Assembly (NCBI GenBank): GCA_965262915.1
Contig: OZ253564.1
Coordinates: forward strand, 704,001 to 768,000
DNA: 64,000 nucleotides
Reading direction: 5' to 3'
Source: Candidatus Spongiisociaceae bacterium
GTDB lineage: Bacteria > Actinomycetota > Acidimicrobiia > Spongiisociales > Spongiisociaceae
In this document: piece by piece, positions 20,447-31,785 of the stretch
Layout: every line of letters begins with the position of its first letter
How positions within the stretch are numbered: the stretch's first letter is position 1
Notes under the pieces: model-generated
What the model was told of the DNA's origin: nothing
Database searches by the model: none
The model's input: the letters and a program-made list of their open reading frames with translations, nothing else
Translations under genes and position numbers: made by a program

Positions 20447-21160
20447 CTACCTGCCGGTGGTCACCGGCTGCGGGCGGCGGCTGGATGTGGCTTCTATGTA
20501 GCCCTCGACTCTGGAGACGCGTTCTTTGAAGCCGGCTACCTGGTCTCCGACCTCTCTGATGTTGCGGTCGTGGGTGGCGGCGTTGGTGCCGATCTTGTCG
20601 CCGAGTTCCTTGAAGTCCTCCCGTGTATCACCGCGGAAGGTCTCGAATCGCTCGCGGTCCCCGGCCGCGGCGGCGGCGATGGCGTCGATCTTGGCGTTGG
20701 TCTCGGCGGCGATGGCGTCGATCTTGGCGTTGGTCTTGGCGGCGTTGGCGTCGATCTTGGTCGTGTTGAGTGCGATGTTGCCGTTGGTCTCGGCGGCGTT
20801 GACGGCGATGGCGGTGGTGTTGGCGGCGATGGCCGCGGTGTTGGCGTCGATCTTGCGGTTGGTGGTCTCGAAGCGGTCCAATACCTCGGTGCGGAAGGCT
20901 TGGAGCTCTCTGCGGTCCTCCTCGCGGTTGGCCTGTGCTTCGGTGAGGTCTTTGTCGCGGTTGGCGCTTACTTCGGTGCGGAAGGCTTGGAGTTCTTCGC
21001 GGTCCTTCTCGCGGCCCTTCCGTACTTCGGTGCGGAATTTGTCGATTGACTCGTCGCCGCTGCGCCTGAGATTGGTCTGGAACCGCAGAGCCAGTCCCAC
21101 GAAGGCGGCCAGCATCACCAGCATGGGGATGAGCACTTCCAGCACCTGGGTGGTGTTCAT
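20447..21160 (-). CDS. Membrane-anchored coiled-coil repeat protein (copy 2, longer)
   Basis: MNTTQVLEVLIP...; both ends and the ~70-bp leader are near-identical to copy 1, with extra repeat modules inside. Confidence 0.8.
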   Translation of the reverse strand: MNTTQVLEVLIPMLVMLAAFVGLALRFQTNLRRSGDESIDKFRTEVRKGREKDREELQAFRTEVSANRDKDLTEAQANREEDRRELQAFRTEVLDRFETTNRKIDANTAAIAANTTAIAVNAAETNGNIALNTTKIDANAAKTNAKIDAIAAETNAKIDAIAAAAAGDRERFETFRGDTREDFKELGDKIGTNAATHDRNIREVGDQVAGFKERVSRVEGYIEATSSRRPQPVTTGR

Positions 21161-21235
21161 GTGTCCGGACCTTACCTTTCGCCGATGTTGCCCCGGAAAG
21201 GGCCATCCTCGTGTCGCTTCGGGGATGGTTGCGCC

Positions 21236-21283
21236 GGCACCTGGCACCTGGCACCTGGCACCTGGCACCTGGCACCTGGCACC
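21236..21283. repeat. Heptamer array (GGCACCT)6-7
   Basis: Read directly from the sequence. Confidence 0.92.
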
Positions 21284-22742
21284 CCCGTGTACCGGCGTTC
21301 CCCGCTCTTGTGGGGTGGTCGTGGGGTCGGGTCGTTCCGTGCGAGGCGCAGGCAGCCGTTCGCCGGACTCGAGCGCGCATGGGGGTTGTTCCTGTCACGG
21401 TCGTGTTGCACTATGTATATACCAAGCACCCGGGCGGTGTCGGACCGACGTCATTCGACTGCCCGAGGGATCACGAATTCTCGGTGCCGGACGGCCCCCA
21501 TCGGGCGGGCAGGACGCGCCCCGAGGCCCGGATGGGTGGTGGTGGGGGAGGGCCCGATGCAGGGGTGGGGGGTGGCGTTTTTCGCGATCTGGGGGTGTGA
21601 TCGGGGGGATGGGCGGGCAGGGGGGTCTCTGTCGCCTTTTCTTTCGTTGCGGGGCGGATCATGTCGGTGTATTCGTGGGGATCGTTAGGAACTCGGGAAC
21701 CTTTGGTTACGAACGCGGGAACTATTACAGGGGCTGTTTCTCCGGGTTCGGCGCCTGTCGAGTACGCGCTGAGGAAAATATCTGGCACGCGTTGAGCCGT
21801 GGAAGGGAGCCGGGTGCTGCTTGTGGCCGGAGTTCGGGATGAGATTCTCGGGGGAGTTCGTCGTCGGGGGTTTGCCGACCGGGGGGTGTGAGTTGCCGGT
21901 GCTGGCGGGCTACACGTCTATGTGTCTGCGTTCTTGTTCTTCGGTCGGGCAGGTGGACCGGATCGGCCTATCGGGCGGGCGGGTAACCGGCCATGTGATG
22001 GAACCGTGTCGTATATGGGCATGGCCGATCTGTCGGGGCGACCGTGGAACGTATAGTTGGTGATCCGGCGATGGCGGGGCGTGAGCCTGGCGGTGGCGGG
22101 GCGGGCGGTGCGGCGCCGGCGGATCCGGTCCCGAGGGTGGGTTCTGGAGAACGCAGCGGTGTCCGGTTCTGCTGTCGGGTTTGGGCAAAACGTTACGTGA
22201 CCAGGGGATTCGGCGTATCGGTCCGGGTGCTATCGCTCCCTCGCCGGTCGGGATCCGGTCGGGGTGGCCGGTGGTCGAGGATGTGATCGGTGGCCGGCGC
22301 CAGGTGGGAGCGGCGGCCGGTCGGGCTGCATGGGTCGCCGCCGGGCAACCGCCGGCGACCGTACTCTGGGGGCCGCGAAAAAAGGCTTAGACCAGGGAAC
22401 AGCGGAGTTCGCGAAGAACCGCGTACGCACGATTCGGGAAGTGCCATGTCCCGCGGGTTCCGCGCGGTTCGGGCGATCCTCCGGAACCGTCGATCGGCAC
22501 CGTAGATATCTGCGGGTCGGCATTTTCAAGGGGCCAAGTAGCTTGCGTTCGCGGGTTGGCATCGGTACCGTTAGACCCACATGGCTGATCAGGCCCGCAG
22601 CGAAGTTGCGTTGAGCGACGCTTCACATAACATGCGCGTGGGTGGGCGGCGTGTTATATTGGATGGCTAGCCGAGAAATTGGGTTGTAACCGATCCTTCT
22701 CGGCGGCCGACTAAGCCATATGAAAGAAGGAAGGGAGGGCAA

Positions 22743-25130
22743 ATGCCCCTGATAGCGAGGCAGCGTTCGCGGCTGGCTGTGCTGGCCGTGCTGGCCTTGG
22801 TGGGTTCACTTCTTGCCGTTTCTGCGGTGCCAGTCGCCGCTGAGGACGGGAAGGCGGACAACGAGGCCGTATATTCAGCATGTGCCGGTGCTGCGATGGC
22901 CGATGCCGGATTCACCGATATGGACGGCAGCTTTGCCGAGGCTGCAGCGAATTGCTTGGCCCACTACGGCATCACGACGGGAACCAGCGAGGGTGTATTC
23001 TCGCCGACTGATTCGATCACCCGGTTGCAGATGGCTCTGTTCCTGAGCCGGGCTGCTGGCCCGGCGGGGATCGAGTTGCTGGATCCCGCAAAGGATCAGG
23101 GCTTCGACGACATCGCCGGTTTGGCCGACTTCATTCAGGACGCCATCAACCAGGTGGCCGAGTTGGAGATCATGACGGGGACCGATGGTTCGTTCTCGCC
23201 CATGGCTGACGTGAACCGCGAGGACATGGCGACGTTCTTGGACGCATTCCTTGCCAATGCGATCTTGGGCCCGGGTGCAATCGGCGGTGGCATCAACGAC
23301 GATAAGTACTCAGGGGACAACGCGGACGTTGAGCCCGATGACAAGCAGTTCACCGACATCGATCGGGTACCGAGGGTGGCGTACGAAGCAATCCGCCGCC
23401 TCTATGAGGTTGGCGTGGCGCAGGGTACGACCGATACGACCTTCGGCCCGAGTGAGTTGGTGAACCGTGGGCAGATGGCAGTGTTCATCTCCCGGATGCT
23501 GGCTCACACCAATGCCCGTCCGGCCGGTCTGACTATCCAGGCCGAGGGCGATGCGACCGCGGACTCGGACAGCACCATCGCGGTCCATGTGTCTCTGCGC
23601 GGTGACGATCATCAGCCGGTGGCCGATGCGATCATTGATGCCTTCCGTACCTCCGCTCCGGCAGATGCGTTCAACGACGACGGTACCTGTGACGTGTCTT
23701 CCGACGGTGTCGCGCACGAAGGAGGCACGGACACGTGTCAGATTGACGCGAGCGACGAGATCACCGATCCGGACGGAAACCTGATCATTGATCCGCCAGG
23801 GACCTCCGCCGGTGCCGTGACGCTGTGGGTGTGGACCGGCAAGAGCGGCGACACCTACGACGATGACGAGACCACCAAGGCAACGATCGAACTCTCGTAC
23901 ACCAAGCCTGCCAGCATGGTCAGGGTGACCGACACCATGGACAAGCACGCCGTGGCCTTGAAGTTCGGCGATTCGATTACCTTCACCTTCCAAGTGGTTA
24001 ACGAGGACGGTAACGCGGTAACCGAGAAGGATGTCGCGATCAATGTCGTTTCCATGGAGCGGGCCGCGTCGCCTACGGCCGACACCACCGCGATGGCAAG
24101 GTTGGACATCGCCGACGGCAGCACCGGCTATGTGGCCCCGTTCCGTAGTCTCAACACGGAATACATGACGAACGCGGACGGTCAGGTGGAGGTCACCTTC
24201 GGCATTGATGACCTCCGTCCCATGTCGGGTGACGGAGGTGATCTCGGTCGGCTCGATCTGGATGTGACTCTCGACGCCAGCTCGACGTTGACGCTGAGTG
24301 ACATGACGGAACGCAAGGTCATCGACGACGGCGACGGCGACGTCGCTACCGACCCGGTGATCGAGTGGCGGGATACGCCGTCGGCGCCTACAAGCTTGGC
24401 GCTCGGCCTTCCGCAGAGCTATCACTTGGTGTCTACTGCAGGTAGCGGGGCGAGTAGCTCGGTTACGGCCACCCTCGTCAACCAGTACGGCGATCCGATC
24501 TCACGCGCCAAGGTGCGTTTCTACTCGGATGCCACTGAAACGGTAGGTAGTCCCCCTGTTTCATTGAATACATTGGCGGGAATGGCTGACGGATCAACGG
24601 GTCCGAAGCCTCGTAGCACCAACCGCAACGGTGTGGCCACCCAGTCGTACAGTCGAAGTGCGGCCGGCGTTGATGTAGAGACCATCAACGCTCAGTACGT
24701 CCAGGGTCCTTGCAACGATGAGGATTCCGACTGTCCCGATGGTCTCGCCACGGGTGTGACCGATGTAGCGGATATATCCGCCATGGCGGTTATGCATTAC
24801 TGGGGTGTATCGGCGCCGGCGGGTACACCGACTAACGCTCTGCCCATCGTGGTGAGGGATACCGATAGCAACACCATCGTGTTGTCGAATGGGACAAATA
24901 TCTACATCGTCAGCTACAAGTCGATCGATGCCTTCGAGGTGGTTAACACGGGCACAGCGACGGGCGTCTTGGCTACCGGCACTAGGACCATGGACACGTT
25001 CGTGAGCACTCTCAACGCTCTCAGCACTGCTCAGCTAGCTGAAAGCAGTACCACGTTGAATGTCACGCTGTCGGGCAGTCGCAAGGTACCGGGCAGGTTC
25101 GTCTTGGCCTTCAATATTGACGACACATAA
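22743..25130 (+). CDS. SLH-domain surface protein, candidate major S-layer protein
   Basis: Signal peptide; three SLH repeats (FSPTDSITRLQMA, VNREDMA, VNRGQMA); LAHTNARPAG hinge; Ig-like C-terminal part; strong RBS. Confidence 0.88.
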   Translation: MPLIARQRSRLAVLAVLALVGSLLAVSAVPVAAEDGKADNEAVYSACAGAAMADAGFTDMDGSFAEAAANCLAHYGITTGTSEGVFSPTDSITRLQMALFLSRAAGPAGIELLDPAKDQGFDDIAGLADFIQDAINQVAELEIMTGTDGSFSPMADVNREDMATFLDAFLANAILGPGAIGGGINDDKYSGDNADVEPDDKQFTDIDRVPRVAYEAIRRLYEVGVAQGTTDTTFGPSELVNRGQMAVFISRMLAHTNARPAGLTIQAEGDATADSDSTIAVHVSLRGDDHQPVADAIIDAFRTSAPADAFNDDGTCDVSSDGVAHEGGTDTCQIDASDEITDPDGNLIIDPPGTSAGAVTLWVWTGKSGDTYDDDETTKATIELSYTKPASMVRVTDTMDKHAVALKFGDSITFTFQVVNEDGNAVTEKDVAINVVSMERAASPTADTTAMARLDIADGSTGYVAPFRSLNTEYMTNADGQVEVTFGIDDLRPMSGDGGDLGRLDLDVTLDASSTLTLSDMTERKVIDDGDGDVATDPVIEWRDTPSAPTSLALGLPQSYHLVSTAGSGASSSVTATLVNQYGDPISRAKVRFYSDATETVGSPPVSLNTLAGMADGSTGPKPRSTNRNGVATQSYSRSAAGVDVETINAQYVQGPCNDEDSDCPDGLATGVTDVADISAMAVMHYWGVSAPAGTPTNALPIVVRDTDSNTIVLSNGTNIYIVSYKSIDAFEVVNTGTATGVLATGTRTMDTFVSTLNALSTAQLAESSTTLNVTLSGSRKVPGRFVLAFNIDDT

Positions 25131-25187
25131 CTTGGACTCTGGAGGGCGGGAGTCGCCGTAAGGCACTTGACGCCCGCCAGAACTAGG

Positions 25188-25220
25188 AGGAGGGTCCCGG
25201 TTAGATACCGGGACCCTCCT
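25188..25220 (+). terminator. 14-bp perfect stem-loop after the first SLH gene (terminator or mRNA stabiliser)
   Basis: AGGAGGGTCCCGGT-TAGAT-ACCGGGACCCTCCT; no U-tract. Confidence 0.65.
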
Positions 25221-25305
25221 CGCGTCTGGGGTGGTTGCGCCCAAACTGCCGCTGGTTGGGGCGGTTTGGCCACTAGACTCGGGGATGGATGAAAGGAGAG
25301 ATCTG

Positions 25306-27339
25306 ATGTCGCGGCGTTCATCGTTGATCGTGTTGGCTGTGTTGTCCTTGGTGGCCACGCTCCTGGCCGTCTCCGCGGTGCCGGCCGCTGGGGAGGACTA
25401 TCCGGCGACCTACTCGGCCTGTGTGGGCCCGGCCACCGAATCGGCCGGGTTCGAGGACGTACCGGAGGGGAGCGTTTCGGAGGCGGCGATCAACTGCATG
25501 GCGCACTACGGGATCATGCCTGGCGCTTCCGCCAATACTTTCTCACCGACGTTGGGTGTTACCCGCCAGGCGATGGCCCTGTTCCTCATCCGATCGGCGG
25601 GCCCGGCCGGCATCGACATCCCGAAAGCCAGGGACGAGGGATTCAGGGACATCGACGATCTTCCCCGCTCGGTCCGTGACGCCATCAACCAGTTGGTCGC
25701 GCTCGATATCACCAGGGGCACGACGTCCAAGACCTTCTCCCCCGATGATTTGGTGACCCGTCGCCAGATGGTCCAGTTCCTGGCCCGGTTTCTCGATGAG
25801 GCGCCGGTCGGGGAGGGCGGTGTGGATATCGAAGATGTGGACCCCGACGACGACCAGTTCGTCGATATCGACGACCTTCCCCACGGTCCTTACGACGCCA
25901 TCCGCAACCTGTTCGAGATGGGCGTTACCAACGGCACCTCACGAACCAGGTTCTCTCCCGACCGTACGGTGACCAGGGCCCAGATGGCCATGTTCATCTC
26001 CCGGATGCTGGCCCACACCAACGCCCGCCCGGCCGGGGTCACCATGCAGGCGCCCGACACGTCGGTGGCCGCCGGCGACACCGCCGAGGTGGTGATATCG
26101 GTGCGGAACTCCGACTTCGAAGCCGCGCAGGACGTGTTCGTGGATCTATTCCATGCTCCGTCCCGGCGTGTGGCCTTCGACTCCGGCGGACGGTGCTACG
26201 ACGACGTGACCGCCGCAGCCGGAGACCAGCCCTGCGTCATCGACTTTAGCGACACGACCACGGACAGTCTCGGCAACCTGGTCTACGATGTACTCGTCGA
26301 CGCGAGCCTGGTGTTGTGGGTGTGGACCGGGGATCGCAACGACCGGTTTGACGCCGACAGGACCCAGGCCGCGACGTTGGAGTTCAGCGCCGGCAAGGCC
26401 CCCGATAAGTTCAAGATCACCTACGACATACCCGAGGAGGCCATCAAGGTCCCCTTCGGGAGGTCGGTCACCGTCACCTTCCAGTTGGTGGACGAGGACG
26501 ACAACCCGGCGAGCGAGCGGGGCGCGGAGATACGAGTCCGCAGCATCGAGAAGAACGGGGGTAGGGTGGATCGTGACCGCAGCAGGACGCTTACCACCGA
26601 CTCGTCGGGCCAGGCGCAGCTACGCTTCCGCCAGACCGATCCGGACTCGCGCGACGGTGATCCCGACGCCACTCTCGACCTCACCGTGGAGAGAGCCGAC
26701 TACGATTGGGATCCGACGCCGAGGGTGCAGTGGTCCGATGAGGACGAAGAGGCCAGAACCCTGGTCGCCGAGCAATCAGTCGCCTATCACTACGCGTCAA
26801 ACGCGGGCCAGGGCGTCTATCACACGGTGACCGCCACCCTGTACGATCAGTACGGTGATCCGGTGCGATCACGGCAGAAGGTGTCCTTCAAGTCCAACGA
26901 TCCGGCCGGGTTGAGTTCCACGGGCCAGGGCGACGCCCAGAGTGTCTACCGCAAGTCGGTCAGCAGCCGGGGCGTAGCCAGAGTCGGCTACTGGCGTAGA
27001 TCGACCGACACTCTCAGGGAGATCATCGAAATCAGCATGCTGGTGGGCAGTCGCCTGATACAGGTCATTCCCCCCGTCGAGCACTACTGGGTCGGAGACC
27101 CCCGCGTCGGCGAGCCGACAAGGGGTCTGGTGTTGCATCACGACGAGGACCGGAACACGTTGGTCTTCGGTGCCGACGACGACCCCTACGTGATCACCTA
27201 CCACTCGAGCGACCAGTTCATCGGGCCGGACGGCAACGAGGTCTTCTCCACGTTCGCAAAGGAGATCGGTGTGGGTGACAATCTGACGGTTACAGTTGAC
27301 GGCTCGCGTGGGGCCCCCAACCGCTTAGTCCGGGGTTGA
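25306..27339 (+). CDS. SLH-domain surface protein paralog
   Basis: RBS GAAAGGAG and ATG 25306; signal peptide, 3 SLH, LAHTNARPAG, DQYGDPV. Confidence 0.88.
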   Translation: MSRRSSLIVLAVLSLVATLLAVSAVPAAGEDYPATYSACVGPATESAGFEDVPEGSVSEAAINCMAHYGIMPGASANTFSPTLGVTRQAMALFLIRSAGPAGIDIPKARDEGFRDIDDLPRSVRDAINQLVALDITRGTTSKTFSPDDLVTRRQMVQFLARFLDEAPVGEGGVDIEDVDPDDDQFVDIDDLPHGPYDAIRNLFEMGVTNGTSRTRFSPDRTVTRAQMAMFISRMLAHTNARPAGVTMQAPDTSVAAGDTAEVVISVRNSDFEAAQDVFVDLFHAPSRRVAFDSGGRCYDDVTAAAGDQPCVIDFSDTTTDSLGNLVYDVLVDASLVLWVWTGDRNDRFDADRTQAATLEFSAGKAPDKFKITYDIPEEAIKVPFGRSVTVTFQLVDEDDNPASERGAEIRVRSIEKNGGRVDRDRSRTLTTDSSGQAQLRFRQTDPDSRDGDPDATLDLTVERADYDWDPTPRVQWSDEDEEARTLVAEQSVAYHYASNAGQGVYHTVTATLYDQYGDPVRSRQKVSFKSNDPAGLSSTGQGDAQSVYRKSVSSRGVARVGYWRRSTDTLREIIEISMLVGSRLIQVIPPVEHYWVGDPRVGEPTRGLVLHHDEDRNTLVFGADDDPYVITYHSSDQFIGPDGNEVFSTFAKEIGVGDNLTVTVDGSRGAPNRLVRG

Positions 27340-29441
27340 TGTTCGGAGCGGCGAGGCTGGGCCGGGGGTGGGTGGCCCCGGCCCTCGTAGCCCTGGCAGC
27401 TTCATTGCTGATGGGACCAGCGGTTCCGGTGGCCGCCGGAGACGGGCAGGCGGATGCCTTGGCTACGTACTCGGCCTGCCCGGGCGCGGCAACCGGGTCG
27501 GTCGGTTTCGAGGACACGGCGGGCAATTGGGCGGAGGCTGCTATAGACTGCCTTGCCCACTACGGGATCACCGGGGGAGGCAGCTCCGCACGGTTCGATC
27601 CCGATGGCGACGTGACCCGCCGCCAGATGGCCCTCTTCCTGGCTGTTGCGGCGAGACCGGCCGGTATCACGTTACCGCAGCCCGCCCAGCAGGGATTCAC
27701 CGACCTCGGCGGGTTGGACGCCCATACCGTGGTCGCTATCCATCGGCTGGCAGAGTCGGGCATCATGACCGGTACCTCCACGATGACCTTCTCTCCGCAT
27801 GAGCCGGTCACCCGCCGCCAGATGGTTCACTTCCTGACCCGCTTCCTGCAGCTCGCGCCGGTGGGGCAGGGAGGGATCGACATCGACGATGTGGAGTCCG
27901 ACGACACCCGGTTCGAGGATATCGGGGACCTGCCGCGTGACACCTACGACGCCATCCTGGACCTGTTCGAGATGGGGATCGCCCGCGGTACGTCGATGAC
28001 CGGGTTCTCACCCGAGCAGCCGGTCACCCGCGCCCAGATGGCAATGTTCATCACCCGGGCCCTGGCCCACACCAACGCCCGCCCCGCCGGTATCACCATC
28101 CAGACCGGCCCCACCACGGTGCCCGTCGAGGCCATCGCCCCGCTGGCGATATCGGTGCGTGACGGCAACCATCGACCGCTGGTGGATGCCTCGGTCGACC
28201 TGATCCGCGCCTCGTCCTGGAGGGAGGCCTTCGAGAACGACGGAAAGTGCTCCGGCGAAGTGGAGGCGGAGGTCGGCCACCGGCCGTGCAGTATCGACCT
28301 CTCCGACCGGGTCACCGACCGGAACGGGAACCTGGCGCACGACCTGATCGTCTTCGAGGATCTGGTGCTGTGGGCCTGGACAGGAGATCAACATGACCGG
28401 TTCGACCTCGACGAAACCGATGCCGCGACGGTGGAGTTCACCACCATCAAGCCCGCCGCCGCCTTCCTGCTGACCGACGACATGCATCCCGACGCGGTCG
28501 CGGTCCCGTACGGCAGATGGGTGAAGTTCACGTTCGGGCTGGTGGACAACAACGGGCAGCCGGTTGCAGAGCAATGGGTGGCGATCCGGATCCGCGCCGA
28601 CCAGGAGCGGGACGGGATCGTCGAGCGGCGTATCAAGACCTACTACACCGACTCGTCGGGCGAGGTGGAGCTGAGCTACACCATCCGCGACCCCTACGCC
28701 GGCGAGAACGACGTCGACAGTTATCTCGACATCAACGTGCTGGAGTCCTCCGAGTTGGAGGTCACCGACCGGTCGGCCGTCCGGATCCTGAGAGAGGACG
28801 ACCAGGGAGTGGATAACCGGCTGCGGTGGTCGGACGACGCAGAGCAACCCAACGCCCTTGTGCTCGAGTTGCCCGTCGTATATCGCTCCGCCTCGGATAT
28901 CGGCCGGGGCGCTCCGAACACCGTCAGTGCCACGTTGGTGGATCAGTACGGCGATCCGGTACGCGGGGAGCGGATCCACTTCAAGTCGGACGACCCCGAC
29001 GGCCTGTACAAAGACACCGACGATCCCGCTCTGGCCATACGCCGCCACCGCAAGGAGACCGACCATCTGGGTGTTGCTACGGTCAGCTACCACCGGAAGA
29101 ACGACGGCTCGCGGATCGAGACCATCTCGGCGTTTTCCGAGGACGACGAGATACAAGCTCAGGCCGTGAGGCAGTACTGGGTCGAGGAAGCCCCCGAAGA
29201 TGAGCTCCTTCACCTCTACGAGGTGCTGCATCTCGACGAGGAACGGTACACGTTGGTGATCCGGCGCGGTGGCCTTGGTCCGTATACGGTCGCCTTCGAC
29301 TCGAACGACCGGTTCGACGTGGACGGGGACACGGAGAGGTTCGAAGCTTTCAAGAGGAGCCTGGAAGAGGGTGACAAGGTGACCGTCGAGGTCCGATCCC
29401 ACGACCCGGACGCCGTGAACTCCTTCACGAGGTATGAATAG
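27336..29441 (+). CDS. SLH-domain surface protein paralog
   Basis: Same architecture; the start overlaps the upstream stop. Confidence 0.88.
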   Translation: MMFGAARLGRGWVAPALVALAASLLMGPAVPVAAGDGQADALATYSACPGAATGSVGFEDTAGNWAEAAIDCLAHYGITGGGSSARFDPDGDVTRRQMALFLAVAARPAGITLPQPAQQGFTDLGGLDAHTVVAIHRLAESGIMTGTSTMTFSPHEPVTRRQMVHFLTRFLQLAPVGQGGIDIDDVESDDTRFEDIGDLPRDTYDAILDLFEMGIARGTSMTGFSPEQPVTRAQMAMFITRALAHTNARPAGITIQTGPTTVPVEAIAPLAISVRDGNHRPLVDASVDLIRASSWREAFENDGKCSGEVEAEVGHRPCSIDLSDRVTDRNGNLAHDLIVFEDLVLWAWTGDQHDRFDLDETDAATVEFTTIKPAAAFLLTDDMHPDAVAVPYGRWVKFTFGLVDNNGQPVAEQWVAIRIRADQERDGIVERRIKTYYTDSSGEVELSYTIRDPYAGENDVDSYLDINVLESSELEVTDRSAVRILREDDQGVDNRLRWSDDAEQPNALVLELPVVYRSASDIGRGAPNTVSATLVDQYGDPVRGERIHFKSDDPDGLYKDTDDPALAIRRHRKETDHLGVATVSYHRKNDGSRIETISAFSEDDEIQAQAVRQYWVEEAPEDELLHLYEVLHLDEERYTLVIRRGGLGPYTVAFDSNDRFDVDGDTERFEAFKRSLEEGDKVTVEVRSHDPDAVNSFTRYE

Positions 29442-29706
29442 CTCACGATTCTGTTACGAGTTATAGAAGAGGAGAGGGCATCGATGACATCGGGGGGGTG
29501 TCGGCACTTTCGGATCTCGCTTCGTCCGATACCCCCCGACCACTGCTCTCGTCGTTTCCCACCTGTGATATCGACGGCTGATTCGTAACGGCGTTCGGTA
29601 CGCTCCGAAAGCCTCTCGAATCCGGCCACCGGCTACCTGGCCGTTTGGATATGCCGTGTTTGTCACCGTGTGGGGCTTACTATGTCCCCCAGGCAAGCAA
29701 ACAGAA

Positions 29707-31785
29707 ATGGGGCTGGTGTTCCTCGAGGCGAACGTCCGTAGGAAGTGGATCGAGCCGATCCTCGTCGCGGTGGTAGGTTCACTTCTAGCTGTCGCGGCGG
29801 TTCCGGCCGCTGCAGTGGACGGGGTGGTGGACCACCCGGCCGAGTACTCGGCTTGTATCGGTCCGGCGGCGGAGTCTGCGGGGTTTCGGGACATGAAGCG
29901 GAACTTTGCAGAGTCGGCCGCCGACTGCCTCGCCTACTACGGGATAACGAAGGGAACCTCCACCGGGATATTCTCACCCGACGACGTAGTGCCCCGGTGG
30001 CAGATGGCCCTGTTCCTGGTACGGGCGGCCGGCCCGGCGGGAATCGTGGTCCCCAAGGCATCCGATCAGGGATTCACCGACCTCGAGCAGTTGGGACCCA
30101 GCACCCGTGACGCCATCAACCAATTGGCGGCACTGCGCATCATGGAGGGCACGTCGGCTTCGACTTTCGCTCCCTCTGCAATGGTGACCCGCCAGCAGAT
30201 GGCAGCGCTGCTGTCGCGATTCCTGAAGGCCGCACCCACGGGGCCGGGAGGATCGGACATCGATGACGTGAAACCCGATGACAATAACTTCCGTGACCTG
30301 GGCCCTGTCCCGTTCATCACGTCCGAGGATATCCGCCGCCTCTACGAGATGGGTGTGACCGGTGGCACTTCGAGCACTACCTTCTCGCCGGGGGCCCCGG
30401 TGAGTCGGGCTCAGATGGCGGTGTTCATCACCAGGATGCTGGCCCACACCAACGCGCGTCCCGCTGGTCTAACGATCCAGATAGCTGACCAGGACGTGTT
30501 CAAGAATTCCGATATCCGCTTGGCGATCTCGCTTCGCGACTCCGATCGGCGGCCCTTCGAAGGCAGGCTGATCGATATTTTCGACGCCACGGATCCCACC
30601 GAAGCGTTCGACCAGAACGGCGCCTGCACGGATCATGTCACTCCGGCGGTCGGTGGCGATGCCTGCACCATCGACGTGTCGGATATGAGCACCGACAATC
30701 TGGGCAATGTCGTGGTAGATGTGGAGATAGCTAACGTCAAACGGCTACGGATCTGGGTCTGGACAGACGAAAAAGGCGAGGTATTCGACGAGGATAGTGC
30801 GGAACCGCTCGTCCTGGATCTAACGCCCCGTAGTGGGGCTTCTGCCTTGGAGGTCTCCGATGACCTACCGCCCACCGCCAGGAAAGTGGAGTTCGGGGAT
30901 TCGGTCACCTTCACGTTCCGCATGATCGACGACGACGGTGATCCGGTCGCCCGTCAAGGCGTCAGCTTTACCGTCCAGGTTAACGAGTCCCGGGACAACG
31001 GCCGCAGTTTCGAGCGGACGACTATCACCAAGGAAACCGGTCCTTATGGAGGGACGCAGCTCACGTTCCGGTTCACGGATCCGTCTTCGAGCCCGGGTGA
31101 CATCGCCAAACTCGACCTTGATGTCCAGAACAGCGGCGGATTCAAGGTGACTGACAAGACGACCACTCAGATGGTGGACGACGACGGGACCAATGACGAT
31201 AGCTTGCTGGACTGGTCGGACGAGCGAAGGGAGCCCACGACCCTCAAGCTGACTCTTACCAAGGAATTCCGGACTGCTTCCGCGGACGGGGCAGGCGCGG
31301 GCACTACCGTACGGGCCGCACTCACCGATCAGTTCGGGGGCCCGGTGGCCCGCGAACAGATCGTCTTCACCTCCAACGACAGCAACGGAGTTCCCGACGG
31401 AGTCCGACGGACCAGTAACCCACAGGGGGTGGCCACGCTCAACTACCAGCGCGACGATTCAGGGAGGGGGATCGAGACGATAACTGGCAAATTCGGCCGG
31501 CTGGTCGGCACCGCCCGCCAGTACTGGGTGACGCCCATATCCGGCAGTGTCAACGGTTCGGGAAGCGTCCGCGTGGTGAACAGGGACACCAACACGATCG
31601 TCGTGGCCGGACGTAGCGTTGCTGAGATAATCGAGTACGACGACAACGACCGTTACCTGATCGATGACGATCCGGCAACCGTGGGCGTATTCGAAGCGCA
31701 TCTCAGCGTGGGTGACATCCTCACCTATGAGATCACCGACCCGAAAAAGAGCACCGTCAACTCCTTCAGCCTCACTAACCGCTGA
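29707..31785 (+). CDS. SLH-domain surface protein paralog (start uncertain)
   Basis: Signal peptide, 3 SLH, LAHTNARPAG, DQFGGPV. Confidence 0.86.
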   Translation: MGLVFLEANVRRKWIEPILVAVVGSLLAVAAVPAAAVDGVVDHPAEYSACIGPAAESAGFRDMKRNFAESAADCLAYYGITKGTSTGIFSPDDVVPRWQMALFLVRAAGPAGIVVPKASDQGFTDLEQLGPSTRDAINQLAALRIMEGTSASTFAPSAMVTRQQMAALLSRFLKAAPTGPGGSDIDDVKPDDNNFRDLGPVPFITSEDIRRLYEMGVTGGTSSTTFSPGAPVSRAQMAVFITRMLAHTNARPAGLTIQIADQDVFKNSDIRLAISLRDSDRRPFEGRLIDIFDATDPTEAFDQNGACTDHVTPAVGGDACTIDVSDMSTDNLGNVVVDVEIANVKRLRIWVWTDEKGEVFDEDSAEPLVLDLTPRSGASALEVSDDLPPTARKVEFGDSVTFTFRMIDDDGDPVARQGVSFTVQVNESRDNGRSFERTTITKETGPYGGTQLTFRFTDPSSSPGDIAKLDLDVQNSGGFKVTDKTTTQMVDDDGTNDDSLLDWSDERREPTTLKLTLTKEFRTASADGAGAGTTVRAALTDQFGGPVAREQIVFTSNDSNGVPDGVRRTSNPQGVATLNYQRDDSGRGIETITGKFGRLVGTARQYWVTPISGSVNGSGSVRVVNRDTNTIVVAGRSVAEIIEYDDNDRYLIDDDPATVGVFEAHLSVGDILTYEITDPKKSTVNSFSLTNR

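Noticed and set aside
20157-21300. ORFs made of PGARCQV / HLAPGTW repeats
   Set aside because: They are translations of the heptamer DNA arrays in several frames, with no evidence of coding function.
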